Shown here: piece after piece, positions 1 through 13,963 of the stretch
How the letters are laid out: every line of letters begins with the position of its first letter
Numbering within the stretch: position 1 is the stretch's first letter
Assembly (NCBI RefSeq): GCF_009914755.1
Contig: NC_060936.1
DNA: 64,000 nucleotides
Direction: 5' to 3' (one strand)
Source: the human T2T-CHM13v2.0 reference genome, Homo sapiens
Translations under genes and position numbers: made by a program
Notes under the pieces: model-generated
Seen by the model: only the letters and a program-made list of their open reading frames with translations
Told to the model about the DNA's origin: nothing
Databases searched by the model: none

Positions 1-249
1 ATGTTGTGTGCTGGCTTGTATTTATAGATGCATGTTTATTTACCAAAAAATACAAAATAACTGCAAAATTTAAATAATTCCTCAATTAGAGAAAAAAACT
101 AATTACAAATGTAGTTGTTGAGCAGCAAATAATTTGCAGGACAGGAATTCAAATGAGCCTCAATTCAGGTTTTAATGTGCAGCCAAATTTGAGAATGCAG
201 CCAGGGTTAAGAACACTCCTTCAAATCCAACTTGAAAAAGTGATAAAGA

Positions 250-520
250 TTTTATTCACAATGGAAATAAATACGTACTAGATGTAAACTGAAGAAAAAT
301 GTGCAAAAATAAATAAACTAAATGGCATCAAGAAGTACACAAGAGATCTTGGAGAAGAATGAATAAGTGGAGAGAGATGCTGTAATCCTGAATTAGAAAA
401 GTCAACATTTAAACATGCTTATAAAATTAAATTTACAAGCTTAATATAACTCCAGTAAAGCATCTTATAGGTCATATTAGTTTTAGGAGGGAGAGTGATA
501 TCACAAAAGCATTCTAATTT
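250..520 (+). mobile_element. Ancient L1 (L1ME-like) ORF2 fragment
   Basis: Degenerate match to the ORF2 stretch FTIA..KYLG..EDLNKWRD.PCSWI.R.NI.KM (ttattcacaatggaaataaatacgtactag...gaataagtggagagagatgctgtaatcctgaattagaaaagtcaacat); many stops. Confidence 0.5.
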
Positions 521-1689
521 TGTTATACTTTTCTACTGAAGGATTTAGTTTAGGATTTTGATGAGCATAAAGTAGAATCTTAATAAATGTCTGGTGTTTC
601 AGTAAGCAGTCAAGACTCAGTTTCAATGATACTTTAGTATCAAATAATATAACAAATAAGTTATACTAGTGGTTTTTTAAAAAGTGTTTCTTATCAGGAA
701 ATGTTCCTCTGAGTTTTATTTATTGAAAATTCAACCTTCCTGTGGTTCTCAACAGACCAAATATTAAACCTTAATAATGTTTAAATGCAGACCCAGAGTT
801 CTCACTTCAGGAGTGAGAGTAAGTTTTGAGGAGCCCTATGTGGATGACATCTAAAAAGTATTGCACTCAGCCTCTTGGAGATAAAACTTAAGTCCATTAT
901 GGGTCCACTGGAAGCAAGTCCTTAGTGGAGTCAAACTTATTGCTAATCAACGCTATTGCGGGCCAAAAGCCTCATGTGAGCGAAGCCACTTCTCAAAAAC
1001 TACTAAAAAAGTCAAATGAGCAAAACACAGCTTCCTACCCTTTTTTTTTTGTTTTTTTACTTTACTTCTTTGAGACTCCCAAATTTTTTTCCTAACATTG
1101 TAGCTTTCTATCCCATCTTCCACTGACTTGTAAAATATGGTTACATGAAGATATTAAGAATAATTTTAATTAATTTACATGGGATAAATGAGTTATTGCC
1201 TCTAGTAATATAAATTTACAAACATTCATTACAGTAAAATGATATATTGAGTTTTCAATAATAATAGCATATGTTCAAAGATTTCTTACCTGTTAATGGG
1301 TTATAATAAGTTTCCCTGGAAGTATATTCAAAAACTTTAAAAAGATAATCCGGAAGATGGAGACATTATAATATCCAAAATCATGAGAAACTGTAAATAT
1401 ATTCATCTAGATACTGTGTAGAATAATGGAAACCCATTTTTTCCAATTATGAATGAAAATTTGAACTATATAAGTCATAGGAATAACTTTTTTAAGTACT
1501 AAGAACTAATTAAAAAATAAAAAAATGTAAAAGATTTGTGTTTTAATTCAAAAGATACATTTATATGTGTTATAAGAAAACAAAATTTCCTGTGTGACAA
1601 GTACTCAAGTAACTAACTTAATGCCTTTTTGGTCAAGAATCCCAAATCCCCAAATCAATTTTTCTAAACTAGGTTCTCAAAACAGATCT

Positions 1690-1990
<301 letters not shown>

Positions 1991-2029
1991 CTCCCCTCCT
2001 TTCTCTCCTGAAAGAAATGGGTGGGGTGA

Positions 2030-2400
2030 GGAAAGAAAGACACACACGCACACACACAAAGACACACAGACACACACAACAGAGACAGAAAAAGGGAGGG
2101 AGGAAGGGAGGGGGGATGGCAGGAAGGAAGGGAGGGAGGGAGGGAGGGAGGGGAGTGAGGGGAAAAGAAAGAAGAAGAAAGAGAAAGAAAGAAGGAAAGA
2201 AAGAAAGAGAAAGAAAGAAAGGGAGAGAAGAAAGAGAAAGAAAAAAGAAAGAAAAATAAAAAGAGAGAAGAAAGAACAAAGAAAGAAAAGGAAGGAAGGA
2301 AAGAAGAAGGAAAAAAGAAAGGGAAGGAAGGGAGGGAGGGAGGGAAGAAGGAAGGAAGGAAGGAGAAAGAGAAAAAATAAAGAGAAAGAGAAACAAGAAA
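2030..2400 (+). repeat. Compound (CA)n plus long polypurine (GGGA/GGAA/GAAA)n low-complexity tract
   Basis: Interrupted CA repeat ~2040-2080, then an almost pure G/A tract to ~2400; explains the ORFs at 1902-2428. Confidence 0.95.
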
Positions 2401-4580
2401 AAATTTGTTTCATTGCAAGGAAGCTCATGCTGGTTTAGGCAATTTCTTTACTTCACAGGATTTTTTGATGCCATTAATATGATACTATGCATTGAGAATC
2501 TGCAAGCAGAGCAGAATATGTACAATTTCCTAGACTTATTTGGGCACAAAAGGCTTTTTATTGCTAAATATCTGTTAATATACAATAAGGTTCATTTAGA
2601 AAATACTCCCCTAAATGATTAGAAGTTCTTAGAGAAAGCAGTTAAGGTAACATTATACTTTTACTCATTCCAATTCTATGATGTCATATTTTTCAAATAT
2701 TAAGCTAGATCATTCCTCAATTGCTTCTGATAATGAGACAAAGGAAGTAAACTTTTTTATTCTTAGACTAATATGTAGCATTATTATAGCAATGCTGTGC
2801 CTGTTATGATGTTTGTCAATATCATGTAATTATCTAATTTACCACATAGTTATATAATTTTTTGATTATTATTGCTCAATTATCTACCAGTTTTATTACT
2901 ATTTCTCTCCATTACATTATCAATGGGAGCTTAAGATGACTTTTTAGAGGAATTAACTGTTAAATTTATAGCTGGATACATGCTACTTTCATTTCTTAAT
3001 GTGGTTCTAATAAAATAGAACAGAGCTGTCACTGGCTAATTTATTTCCATGCCAAACCATTTAAACTCTCCAGAGAAACTTCTGTTTAAATAAGGCATGC
3101 TTGACCAAGAAAGGTTGTCATGTATTAACTGTCTCTGTGGGGAGTTGATGTTAAAAATATAATTTGTTCAGTAGAGAGAACAGAAAATAAACTCTATTAT
3201 GCTAAGTCAGAAAAGCAGCTCCTCGTCTTCTCTGCATGTGTGTGTGTTGTCACTTCTAACTAACACAATTAGCAAGGGGAAGATTTCTGCATTTCAAATA
3301 TTCAGGATTTTTGTTTTTGTCCTGAGGATAAAAATTTTCTTAATGTGCATTCTGATTGGCATTTATTTGTTAGAATGTGAAAAGTTACACTCCAACTTCC
3401 TTTTTCTCCTATCAAAGAGAGAATCAGCTTTCCTCTTATTTCCCTCTTATTTCTTTTCTCAATTTTTTTCATGATACTGTATTTCTCCTGGTATTTCATA
3501 TTTTCTTCTAATACAGAGAGCACATTTATGCCTTGGGATTTCAATGTTATTCTTATGCTATATAAGCAGAAGTATTCTCCAATGCTACAAAAGCAAAACC
3601 ATTTTTAAAGGGAGAGAAAAAGATAAAAGACAATCTCAGTTACAAGGAGAATAAAAATCCTTTTTGGATTTTTAATTCATATTTCAAACAAGGTTCTGAT
3701 TTCTTAATCATGGTATAGAAAGACTAATGCAACCAATAGTGAAAACTCTTTATCCTGTCTCTCTTTAAATACCTCTACTCAGCAATAATTTCAACCAGGA
3801 TAAAGTACTTTATATAGTTCTTCACTGTGATTACCAAGTGTTGATACTGCAAACTACAAAGGCATTTGCAACCTAAATCTCAGTTTATTTTAGAAAATGT
3901 TTCATTTTCCCTTGGCAGCACAATTTATTGTTTCTATTGTCTTTCCAACAACATTAGGTCAGACTAACTTTTTGAGGTTTCAGAAATGATAGCTTAGTAC
4001 TATTTGTATTCTCTCTCACACAAGCAAAAAGTGCAAAATGTAGTGGCTGATTTGACTTCTAACTGTTTTGTGGTAAGAGAACATGGGTTATTTGCTGTTA
4101 ATTTTTTGAAATGTTAGGCTTAGGAGTGGCCTAATGTATAATTAACATTTATATAGTTTAATATATACTTAATAATAGTTTATAATTTATACTAGTTTGT
4201 AGTAACAATAATGCAGCAAGCTAATTAGTTTTGTTTTTTAAATGTTTATATCCATGTTAAAATTTTTGATCTACAAGATCTCAATTTTCCAAGAGTTTAA
4301 TAAAGATTTCCCACTGCAATTGGTGGGTTTAAGATGTCCATATAAGTTTCACAAGTTTTGTTTCATGTATTACTTATTATTAAATGTCAACACATTCTTT
4401 ATTTTAGCATGTTCTTATCCAATAATTTCTTTTATTACATAATACTAAAATTTATCTATACCTAAATACTATCATGTCCAATGTCAATATTGCTGAGGAT
4501 AATTATTCTTTGTTTAGCGTTTGGATCATATATTTTTTCCATATCTTTATTATTTGACTGCTCATTTTGCTTTAAAAGTT

Positions 4581-7285
4581 ATTTTTTCAATTTACATGTA
4601 ATAATTATACATATTTATGAGGTACAGTGTGTTATTTCAATACATGTAAACAATGTGTAATGATTAATCAGGGTAATTAGCATATCCATCACCTCAAGCA
4701 TTTATAATTTTTTTGTGTAAAGGACATTCAAAATTCATTTTTTCTAGCTATTTGAAACTATGCAATAAATCACTGTTAACTATAGTTGCCCTACAGTGCT
4801 GTAGAATACTAGAATTTATTCCTCCTATCTAGCTGTAATATTATATCCCCTAGCAAACGTTTTTCTCTTCTCCATCTCACCCCTGTTCCTGTATACTTCC
4901 CAACCTCTAGCAACCACTATTCTACTCTCTATTTCTATAACACCAACTTTTTTAGCTTACACATATGAGATAGAATGTACTATTTGTCTTCTTGTGTGTG
5001 GCTTATTTCTTTTAACGTGATGTCTTTTAGTCTCATGTTGCTAGGAAAGACAGAATTTCATTTTTTATGGCCAAATAGTATTCCATTGTGCATATGTACC
5101 ACATTTTCTTTATCAAGTCATCTTTTGATGGACATGGGTTGATTCGATATCTTGGCTATTGCAAATAATCCTTCAATAAACACTGGCATGCAGATACCTC
5201 TTTTACATACTAATTTATTTTCTTTTCTTTTGGATTTATACTCCAAAGTGGGATTGCTGGATTATATACTAGTTCCTTTTTTTTTTTTTTTTTTTGAGGA
5301 AACTTCATCGTTCACAATGTTTATACTAATTTACATTCCCACCAACTATGAATAAATGTTTCCTTTTCTTCATATCCTCACTAGTATTTGTTATTTCTTG
5401 TCTTTTAATAATAGCCATTCTAACTGGGCTATGGTGATAAAAGTCATTGTGGTTTTGATTTACATTTCCATGTTGGTTAGCGTTGTTGAGCATTTTTTTC
5501 ATATACTTGTTGGCCATTTATATTCTTTTGAGAAATGTTGACTAAGATCATTTAACTCATTTTAAATATTGGGCTATTTTGGTTTTTGCTGTTGAATTGC
5601 TGTATAGTTTGAATATTAATCCCTTGTAGGATTAATAGTTTGCAAATACTCCCATGCTACAGGTGGTCTCTGTATACTGTTGTTTCTTTTGCTGTGCAGG
5701 AGCTTTTTAGTCTGATATGATCTCATTTGTTTATTTTTGGTTTCATAGCCTAAACTTTTGAGGTTTTGCCCTTAAAATCTTTGATCAGTTCAAAGTCATG
5801 AAGCTTTTCCCTATGAATTTTTGCAGTTTTTGTACAGATTTGGTACTATTTTTATGTCTTTAATCCATCTTCATTTGATTTTTGTGTGTGGTGAGAGATG
5901 GGGTCTAGTTTCATTCTTCCGCATACAAATATCTAGTTTTCCCAGCACTGTTTATGGAAGAGCGTGTCCTTTGCCTAATGAATGTTCTTGGTGCCTTTGT
6001 CAAAAATCAGTTGTCTGTATGTGGCTTTAATCTGTGTTTTTAATTCTATTTCATTACTCTACATATCTGCTTTTATGTCAGTACTATGTGTTTTGATTAC
6101 TACAGGTTTTGGAAGTCACGTAGTATGATGCCTTCATCTTGGTTCTTTTTGCTTAAGATTGCTTTAGCTATTTAGAGTCCTGTGATTCCACGTACATTTT
6201 AAGATTGCTTTTTCTATGTCTGTGAAAACTGGCATTGGAATTTTGATTGAAATTGCATTGAATTTGTAGATAACTTTGATAGTATGGGCATTTTTATAGT
6301 GTGAATTATTCTAATCCGTGAACATGGGTAACTATTTATTTATGTCTTCAATTTCTTTCATCAGTGTTTTATAGTTTCAGTGTACAAGTATGTCACTTCC
6401 TTGGTTAAATTTATTCCTACTTTATTGTATATTTTTGTAACTATTGCAAATGGGATTGTTTTTTGTTTTTTTTGTGTGTGTGTGTAGTCTATGATTAACG
6501 TATAGAAACACTAGTAATTTTCTTTAGTGGTATGCTTTGATTCCTTACTTTGTATTCTTCCTGCATCTACTATAGGCTTTTGTTTTGAGGCTTACATAAA
6601 ATATCTTGTTACAGTGGGTTACTTTAAGCTAATTACACTTAGCTTCACACACAAAACCTCTACACTTTTATTCCATCATCTCCTACCCCACACTTTAAAT
6701 TGCTGAAGTAAAGTTACATCTTTTTATACTGTATATTCCTTAACAAACTATTTTAGCTATTATTTTCTTTAATAGTTTGGACTTCTAACCTTTATACGAA
6801 AGATATAATTGATTTGTACACTAATATTACAATATCAGTGCATTCTTAATTTGACTGTGTACTTACATTTTTCAATGAGTTTTATACTATCATATGTTTT
6901 CTATTCCTTATTGGCATCCTTTTCTTAAAGCTTTAAGAACTCCTTTTAGAATTTCCTGAAACCCAGCACAGGCCTTTCCTATACAGGGTTTTACTCCGGC
7001 AGGCTTGGTATTGGTGTCTGAGGCAAAGTTCAGTGTTCACTTACCTTTCCTTCTCCTCTATGCTGGAGTCTAGAAAGGAGTGATAAGAGTAATGTAAAAA
7101 TGTCCTTCCTATCCTCTTCAATGTGTGTTTTTTTTTTTTATTTCTGTGCTACACCCAGGCACCATGATCTCTTACCTGGTTTTCTTGGCTTTTGTGAAGA
7201 TATTTTTATGGATAATTGTTCAAATTTATTTTCTGCAAGGGGATGAATATAGAAAAGTCCTGTTTTGCCATCTTGCTGATGTCAG
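4581..7285 (-). mobile_element. L1MA-type LINE-1, internally deleted but retaining both 3' end and 5' terminus
   Basis: 3' UTR signature (tacatatttatgaggtacagtgtg...tcagggtaattagcatatccatcacctc) at 4600-4700; ORF2 C-terminus to ~6520; jump to inter-ORF region (6520-6960); 5' UTR ending gccatcttgctgatgtc. Confidence 0.8.
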
Positions 7286-7385
7286 TCTTCTAAAACATTA
7301 CCTTTGCCTTTGTAGTCTCTCCTTGAATATAAGTATTCATTTGATGAAAATCTTTCTCACTCCCAGGAATTCTTATGAACCCAAC

Positions 7386-7771
7386 TGATATGGTTTGGAT
7401 TCGTGTCCCTACCCAAATATCATGTCAAGTTGTAATTATCAATGTTGGAGGAGAGGCCTGGTGGGAGGTGATTGAATCATGGGGGTGGACTTCCCCTTGC
7501 TATTCTCATAATAGTGAGTGAATTCTCATGAGATCTGGCTGTTTAAAAGTGTGTAGCACTTCTTCCTCCTTCACTCTCTTCCTCCTGCTCCAACCATGTA
7601 AGACGAGCCTCCTTCCTCTTCGCCTTTTTCCATGACTGTAACCTTCCTGAGGCCTCCCCAGCCATGCTTCCTGTACAGCCTGCAGAACCATGAGCCAATT
7701 AAGCCTCGTTTCTTTATAAATTTTCCAGTTTCTGGTATTTCTTTATACCGGTGTGAGGATGGACTAATACA
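7386..7771 (+). mobile_element. MSTA-type ERVL-MaLR solo LTR
   Basis: TGATATGGTTTGG...GACTAATACA termini; perfect 5-bp TSD CCAAC (7381-7385, 7772-7776). Confidence 0.92.
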
Positions 7772-10700
7772 CCAACTTTTGTGCTTTATATCTATCTAAA
7801 AAATTGCCTTTGTAAGTAAGGTTCTGTGGCATGGTGGTGAGGTAATGTGTAACATCATAAAATTCCCTAATTAACATGGAAAGAAAACTAACAAAACCAC
7901 TTGCATTTAAATGCTTTTTTCATTTTATAGATTTTGTGTATGCCATGGAAAATCCTGAAAGCTTTTTAACTCACTGACTCAAAATACACAGAGTAGTCTG
8001 CAAAGTAATTCTGAGATAATGCCCATCTGCTCACTTTATAATATACACTGTGTGTTTGTAGGTGAACTTTGCATAATACCCATTTTGCATTTTTCTTTTC
8101 TTAGAAAGACTTAGAATTAGTGGCTTGGCAAGTGGAACCACTTTTAATTTTTTATATTTTTCTATTTGGTTTGGAAGGGTAACTTTCATTATGTCCAACT
8201 AACTACAGAGAAAAGAGAATGATCTTTTATCCTCACCACCTTCCACCTAATTTTTTTCCTCACCTTGAACAAGGGAGAAAAGCTTTCTACATTAAGAGAT
8301 ACACACAATCACCAAGAGACAAATGTTGATAATTGGCTTCAAAGTTGATTTACAAAATTTTACTAAGAATCCTGTTGATCACTATTAAATGATAATGAAT
8401 GACTAATTTATACCTAGGTAGCATCTCTAATCTTGGTTTCTTCCTAACTTAGGTATCCAAATGATGATAATGTTATAAATAAAACTGTGCTTATTATCAA
8501 ATGAAAGACTAGCTTCCATTATTGTTATAAGGAAAACACCTCTACCTTTTTCTGGTGGAGAGTAAATTTTTTCCTGGCAAAACAGTAAATGTTGAAGTTG
8601 AGACTCAAGTTTGTTGAATAATCAAGCTATAAGAAGCTAACATTTTGTTAACTTTCCTGGATTTATAGTTTCTTGATATCTGCATTATGTGACATCCTCT
8701 GTAGTTATAGTAAAGTGCATCACTACTATACAAAGAAAACAAGTTTAATTTACTTGATGTAGAAAATTACATAAATATAAACAAAAAACTAAATAACAAT
8801 ATAAGAACGTTTCTGAATACTATTGCCTGACAAAATATCTTAGTGTGAGATCTGTGTTCTCTTTTGAAAAGGAAGATTAGTTAGTGCTGGACAGAGATTA
8901 ATGATATACTACTACCAAAATGAGTACTTTTCTTGCCAAAATGAGAGAGAGAAAGAAAAAGAGAGAAAGAGAGGACGAAAACTTGAAAAAAAAACTTTGT
9001 TATTGGTGACTCGATGTAATTTAATGCTATTTTTTCATATACCTAAATTGGCCCTCCTTTCAATCAGAGGTAAGGGTCCTATTCTTTGGATACTGTAGTG
9101 TCCAGGCTCCATTGCCCAGCTATGACCCAAAGAACAGTCATTCTACCTTGACCAGCTGAATGGAAGGTACCATTTTGAGATGTTGTCTAGGACTCATTCC
9201 TTATATATTGACTGTTTAAGATATGGGAGTGTTAACATTTCTCACTTATATTTATAAAACAAAATTTAATTGCTTTGAAGACAAATGATCAAATATAAAA
9301 CTTGTAAAATTTGATGCAGGAGTATCAAGCAATGGAAAAATCACATAGCCATTTGCAACTATTTTTGAAGATCTACTGGAAAATGCTCAAAATAAAATAA
9401 ATAAAAATGTATATAACTTAAGTGTATATAAGTAGTCATATATTTAAACAAAGAGAAGAAACAATGAAGGAAATGCATTACAGTGCTCAGCATAGATTTC
9501 TATTGCCTTATCAAGTATGGTAAGTTATTTTCTGTATATACCAACCTGTCTTGTAAAAGGAATATATGACTTGCATATTTTAAAACCAGCCACAATTTAT
9601 TAATAGATATGGAAAAAAGGCACTGATACTTAGAATCAAGACCTAAAGTATCTTCAGAATTTGAAGGTAGAGCCAGAAAAATCTAATAATTAAGAAAGGA
9701 AGGTGAGATTAGAGATAAAGGTATATGATATTCTCCATAACAGATTCTCCTTCTGAAAGATGTTTTGAAATATATTTGGGAGACCCAAATAAGCTAATTC
9801 AGGATAGCAATTAGTATTTCAGTAGCATTAAAATTTCACTTAATTAATTTGAAGTAAAATTGTCCCAAGTAATAATGTGATGACAGAGGAGAATGACCTC
9901 AAATAAAAGATAAGTATAAATTTAAAAGTATAGAAATGTCATAAAAATGATAACTCATATACTTACTGCTTATAATGGTGACTTTTTATATTTAAAAACA
10001 TCTCAATGCCTTTGATTGATTGCGTGATTTCTACTACATAAACATAAGGAATGAAAAAAATATAAGTTTTCAAGAACAAGTTTTATCACAATGATTTCTA
10101 AAATGAGCAGATTTTATTACAGTAAAATAAGATTTGACAGTTATTATTTGTGTAACTTTTTGAAATTTTAGTAATGATACACATGTCTCTTTTATTCTAG
10201 CCATAAAGGAAACAACATTCATATACTAAATTTGAATGACCAGAAGTTGGAAAAACTGTTCGTGAAATAAGAAAAAGTATATAATGTTATCTTTATTCTT
10301 TTTCTTAATCTTTCAAATTTAATCTCAGGTTTCAATTTTTAAACTAACTAAAATCAATGTATTTCTTTATAGGATTATAAATTATGTGATTAAATGTTCA
10401 AGAGTTTTTTTTCACATATTATCTGTGAGAGGAGTTTAAATAAAATGAAGAGCAATGTTTATTGGCAAATGTAAGGATAATTTTATTGCAGAGATGGTAT
10501 ATCAAATATGGCATTTAAACTGGTCAAAATATGTATTTCAAGAGAAAAGATACAAATCACAAAGGATGTACAACCACTTTTTTTTTTGGTTTTTGGAAAG
10601 ATTTTAACTAGAGTAATACTACTGGTTTCTCAACATTCTCCTTCATTTCTCCCCCAGGGAAGAATTGTTATAATGGGAGAAGGAAGTGATATTTGGAGCT

Positions 10701-10787
10701 CAAGAATATCTGGACCTCCTTGGAAGATGCCTGGCAGAATATACTTTTTAGATATATTTAAAGGGAAACAATACAAAGAGAAATAGG

Positions 10788-11090
10788 TTTTTTGTTTGTT
10801 TGTTTGTTTGAGAGGGAGTCTCGCTCTGTCACCCAAGCTGGAGTGCAGTAGCACGATCTCAGCTCACTACAACCTCTACCTCCCGGGTTCAACCATTCTC
10901 CTGTCTCAGCCACCTGAGTAGCTGGGATTACAGGCACCCACCACCAGGCCCAGCTAATTTTTGTATTTTTAGTAGAGATGGGGATTCACTATGTTGGCCA
11001 GGCTGGGCTTGAACTCCTGATTTCAGGTGATTCACCTGCCCCGGCCTCCCAAATTGCTGAGATTACAGGCGTGAGCCACCACGCCTGGCC
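10788..11090 (-). mobile_element. Alu (AluSx-type)
   Basis: (TTTG)n tail then reverse-complement Alu ending cacgcctggcc. Confidence 0.95.
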
Positions 11091-11120
11091 AAGAGGAATG
11101 AGTATTATTAAAAGTAATTT

Positions 11121-11370
<250 letters not shown>

Positions 11371-11574
11371 CTATAAGAAAACGAGGCAACAGGATAGAAG
11401 AGTTGCAATTAAAACTTATCTAAGTGTAATGTGTCCACAATTATAATTTGAGACTATTTAATGTTGTATTTTTTTTAATATTAGATCAGAAGAAAAAAAT
11501 TAATCATTACAATATGATGACATATGATGACATACCTGCACAAAGAAAAAATGTAAAACACTTTAAAACACAGT

Positions 11575-11897
11575 TTTTTGTTGTTGTTGTTTTGATTGTT
11601 TGTTTTTTTGAGACGGAGTCTCTCTGTTGCCCAGGCTGGAGTGCAGTGATAAGATAAGGTAGAGTGCAACCTCCACCTCCTGGGTTCAAGTGATTCTCTT
11701 GCCTCAGCCTCTTGGGTAGCTGGGACAACAAGCGCCCGCCACCATACCGGGCTAATTTTTTTTGTGTGTGTGTTTTTGTAGAGATGGGTTTTCACCATGT
11801 TGACCAAGCTGGTCTCAAAACTCCTGACCTCAAGTAAGCCACTTGCCTCAGGCTCCCAAAGTGCTGGATTTACAGATATGAGCCACTGCTCCTAGTC
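11575..11897 (-). mobile_element. Alu (AluS-type)
   Basis: Reverse Alu flanked by TSD TAAAACACAGT (11564-11574, 11898-11908). Confidence 0.93.
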
Positions 11898-11959
11898 TAA
11901 AACACAGTATTTAATCTGTACTTCTAGTAGAATGTGTTCTAAGAAAAAAAGAACAGTAC

Positions 11960-12277
11960 AGAAATCTGGAGGTCTATTCAGAGTGTTATTATTTTTTGTA
12001 TTGTCACATTGGTATATATATATTTGGAACTATAATGTGTATAATGTAAGATATATCAAATTGAGTAACTGTGTGGAATCTTTAAGGTAAAATAAGTAAA
12101 ACAATCAACTGATTAAGTAAAACCCCCATAATCTTATATTTGAAATGAAAATGTTAGTAGGAAGATATGATTTTGTTTTATTTGTTCTATGCTGTTTAAA
12201 GTCCAAGAAGCAATAACAACTCAGTTGCAATGAATTCACCTACTACCCAGATGATAATCTCTAAATATGATTTCTCC

Positions 12278-12314
<37 letters not shown>

Positions 12315-12868
12315 ACACACACAAGGAAGTTTCTTGCGGTAAAGAATGGCTGACTCAGATCTGGGGAAAAATATGCAAAATTAACTTATGATATCTTACT
12401 GTTCCAAAGAGAAAGGATCATATAAAAATTGGAGTCATGTCAAAGAAAACAAGAGATAGTTTACAGTTTGTCAATATTGGGAGAATTTTAGCTTAAAAAA
12501 GAATGTTTAATGCAATGAACTGAAGCACGTCAAATCTATATAAATCTAGAATTTATAAGGCTACTCAAATAAATCTTATGCACCATCTAGTATACCAACT
12601 CTTTATTCTGAAAAATGGTAAAAGAGAAAAGAAAAAGAAATATTGGTTTTTCTCTGCTTTATTATTGGGTAGTCAATAGTTAATAAGAGAGAATCTTCTG
12701 TATAAATAAAAATCACAGGTAATAAACACAGGAGGAATGATATAATTTTTAAATTTCTATTTTTCAATCTCCAATGAAATAATGGATCTAGGCAGTGATC
12801 AATAGTGAATGCTAAAAGCATGTGGTGAAAGGTTGATGGGGAAGTTTATAAAAGAGGAATAAGTCTGA
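11960..12868 (+). mobile_element. L1MC-like 3' UTR, containing (CA)n at ~12278-12323; resumes after the MLT1 at ~13496-14010
   Basis: Motifs gcaatgaattcacctactacccag and aatggctgactcagatctgggg; resumes with ctgacacacttaaacccactgattaatct. Confidence 0.6.
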
Positions 12869-13495
12869 TGCATTAGATTTCTATTGCTGTCTTAGGAAAT
12901 TACCAAAAGTGAGTGACTTAAAGCAAATTTATTACATTACAGCTCTGTAGGTTAGAAGTCCAAGCACGATGTGGCTCGTCTGGCTTTCTTGCTGAGGTTT
13001 CACTACGCAGAAATCAAGTCATTAGGACTGTGTTTCTTTCCAGAGGCTCTGGGGATGAATCTATTTTCAACTTCATTCAAGTTATTGGCATAATTCATTT
13101 CCGTGGGATGGTAAGACTGAGATCCCATTGACTTGCTTGCTTTTGGCTAAAGAGAATTCTCAGCCCCTGGAAGCTGCTTATATTCCTTGGCCTTGTCACT
13201 TCCTCCATCTTCATAGTCAGCAATAGCAGGTCTAGTCCTTCTCATGCTGTGACTATCTTTGACCTCCCCTTTCTATCTCTTCAATTCTGCTTTCTCTTCT
13301 CTCTGACTCCAGCCTGAGAAATTTATCTGCTTTTAAAAGCTCAAGTGTTTACATTAGGTCCACCCAGATCATTGAAGATGATCTCCCTATTGTAACTGCA
13401 TCCACAAAGTCCCTTTTTAGCACTACCTAGATTATTGTTTGAATAATCAGGGGTTGGGAATCTTGAGTGGGCATCTATATAATTCTGCCTACAAG
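12869..13495 (-). mobile_element. MLT1E-type MaLR LTR
   Basis: tgcattagatttctattgctg...acagctctgtaggttagaagtcc...aattctgcctaca, the reverse complement of the MLT1E start TGTGGTAGGCAGAATT. Confidence 0.75.
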
Positions 13496-13585
13496 AGCTG
13501 ACACACTTAAACCCACTGATTAATCTCAATTGTAGTTTTGATTAAAAACAAGTGATGATGGGGTGACATTTTAAAGGAGATTGGC

Positions 13586-13963
<378 letters not shown>

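Noticed and set aside
6520-6960. Similarity to 41200-41640 as a segmental duplication
   Set aside because: Both are the inter-ORF region of related L1M elements; divergence fits independent insertions
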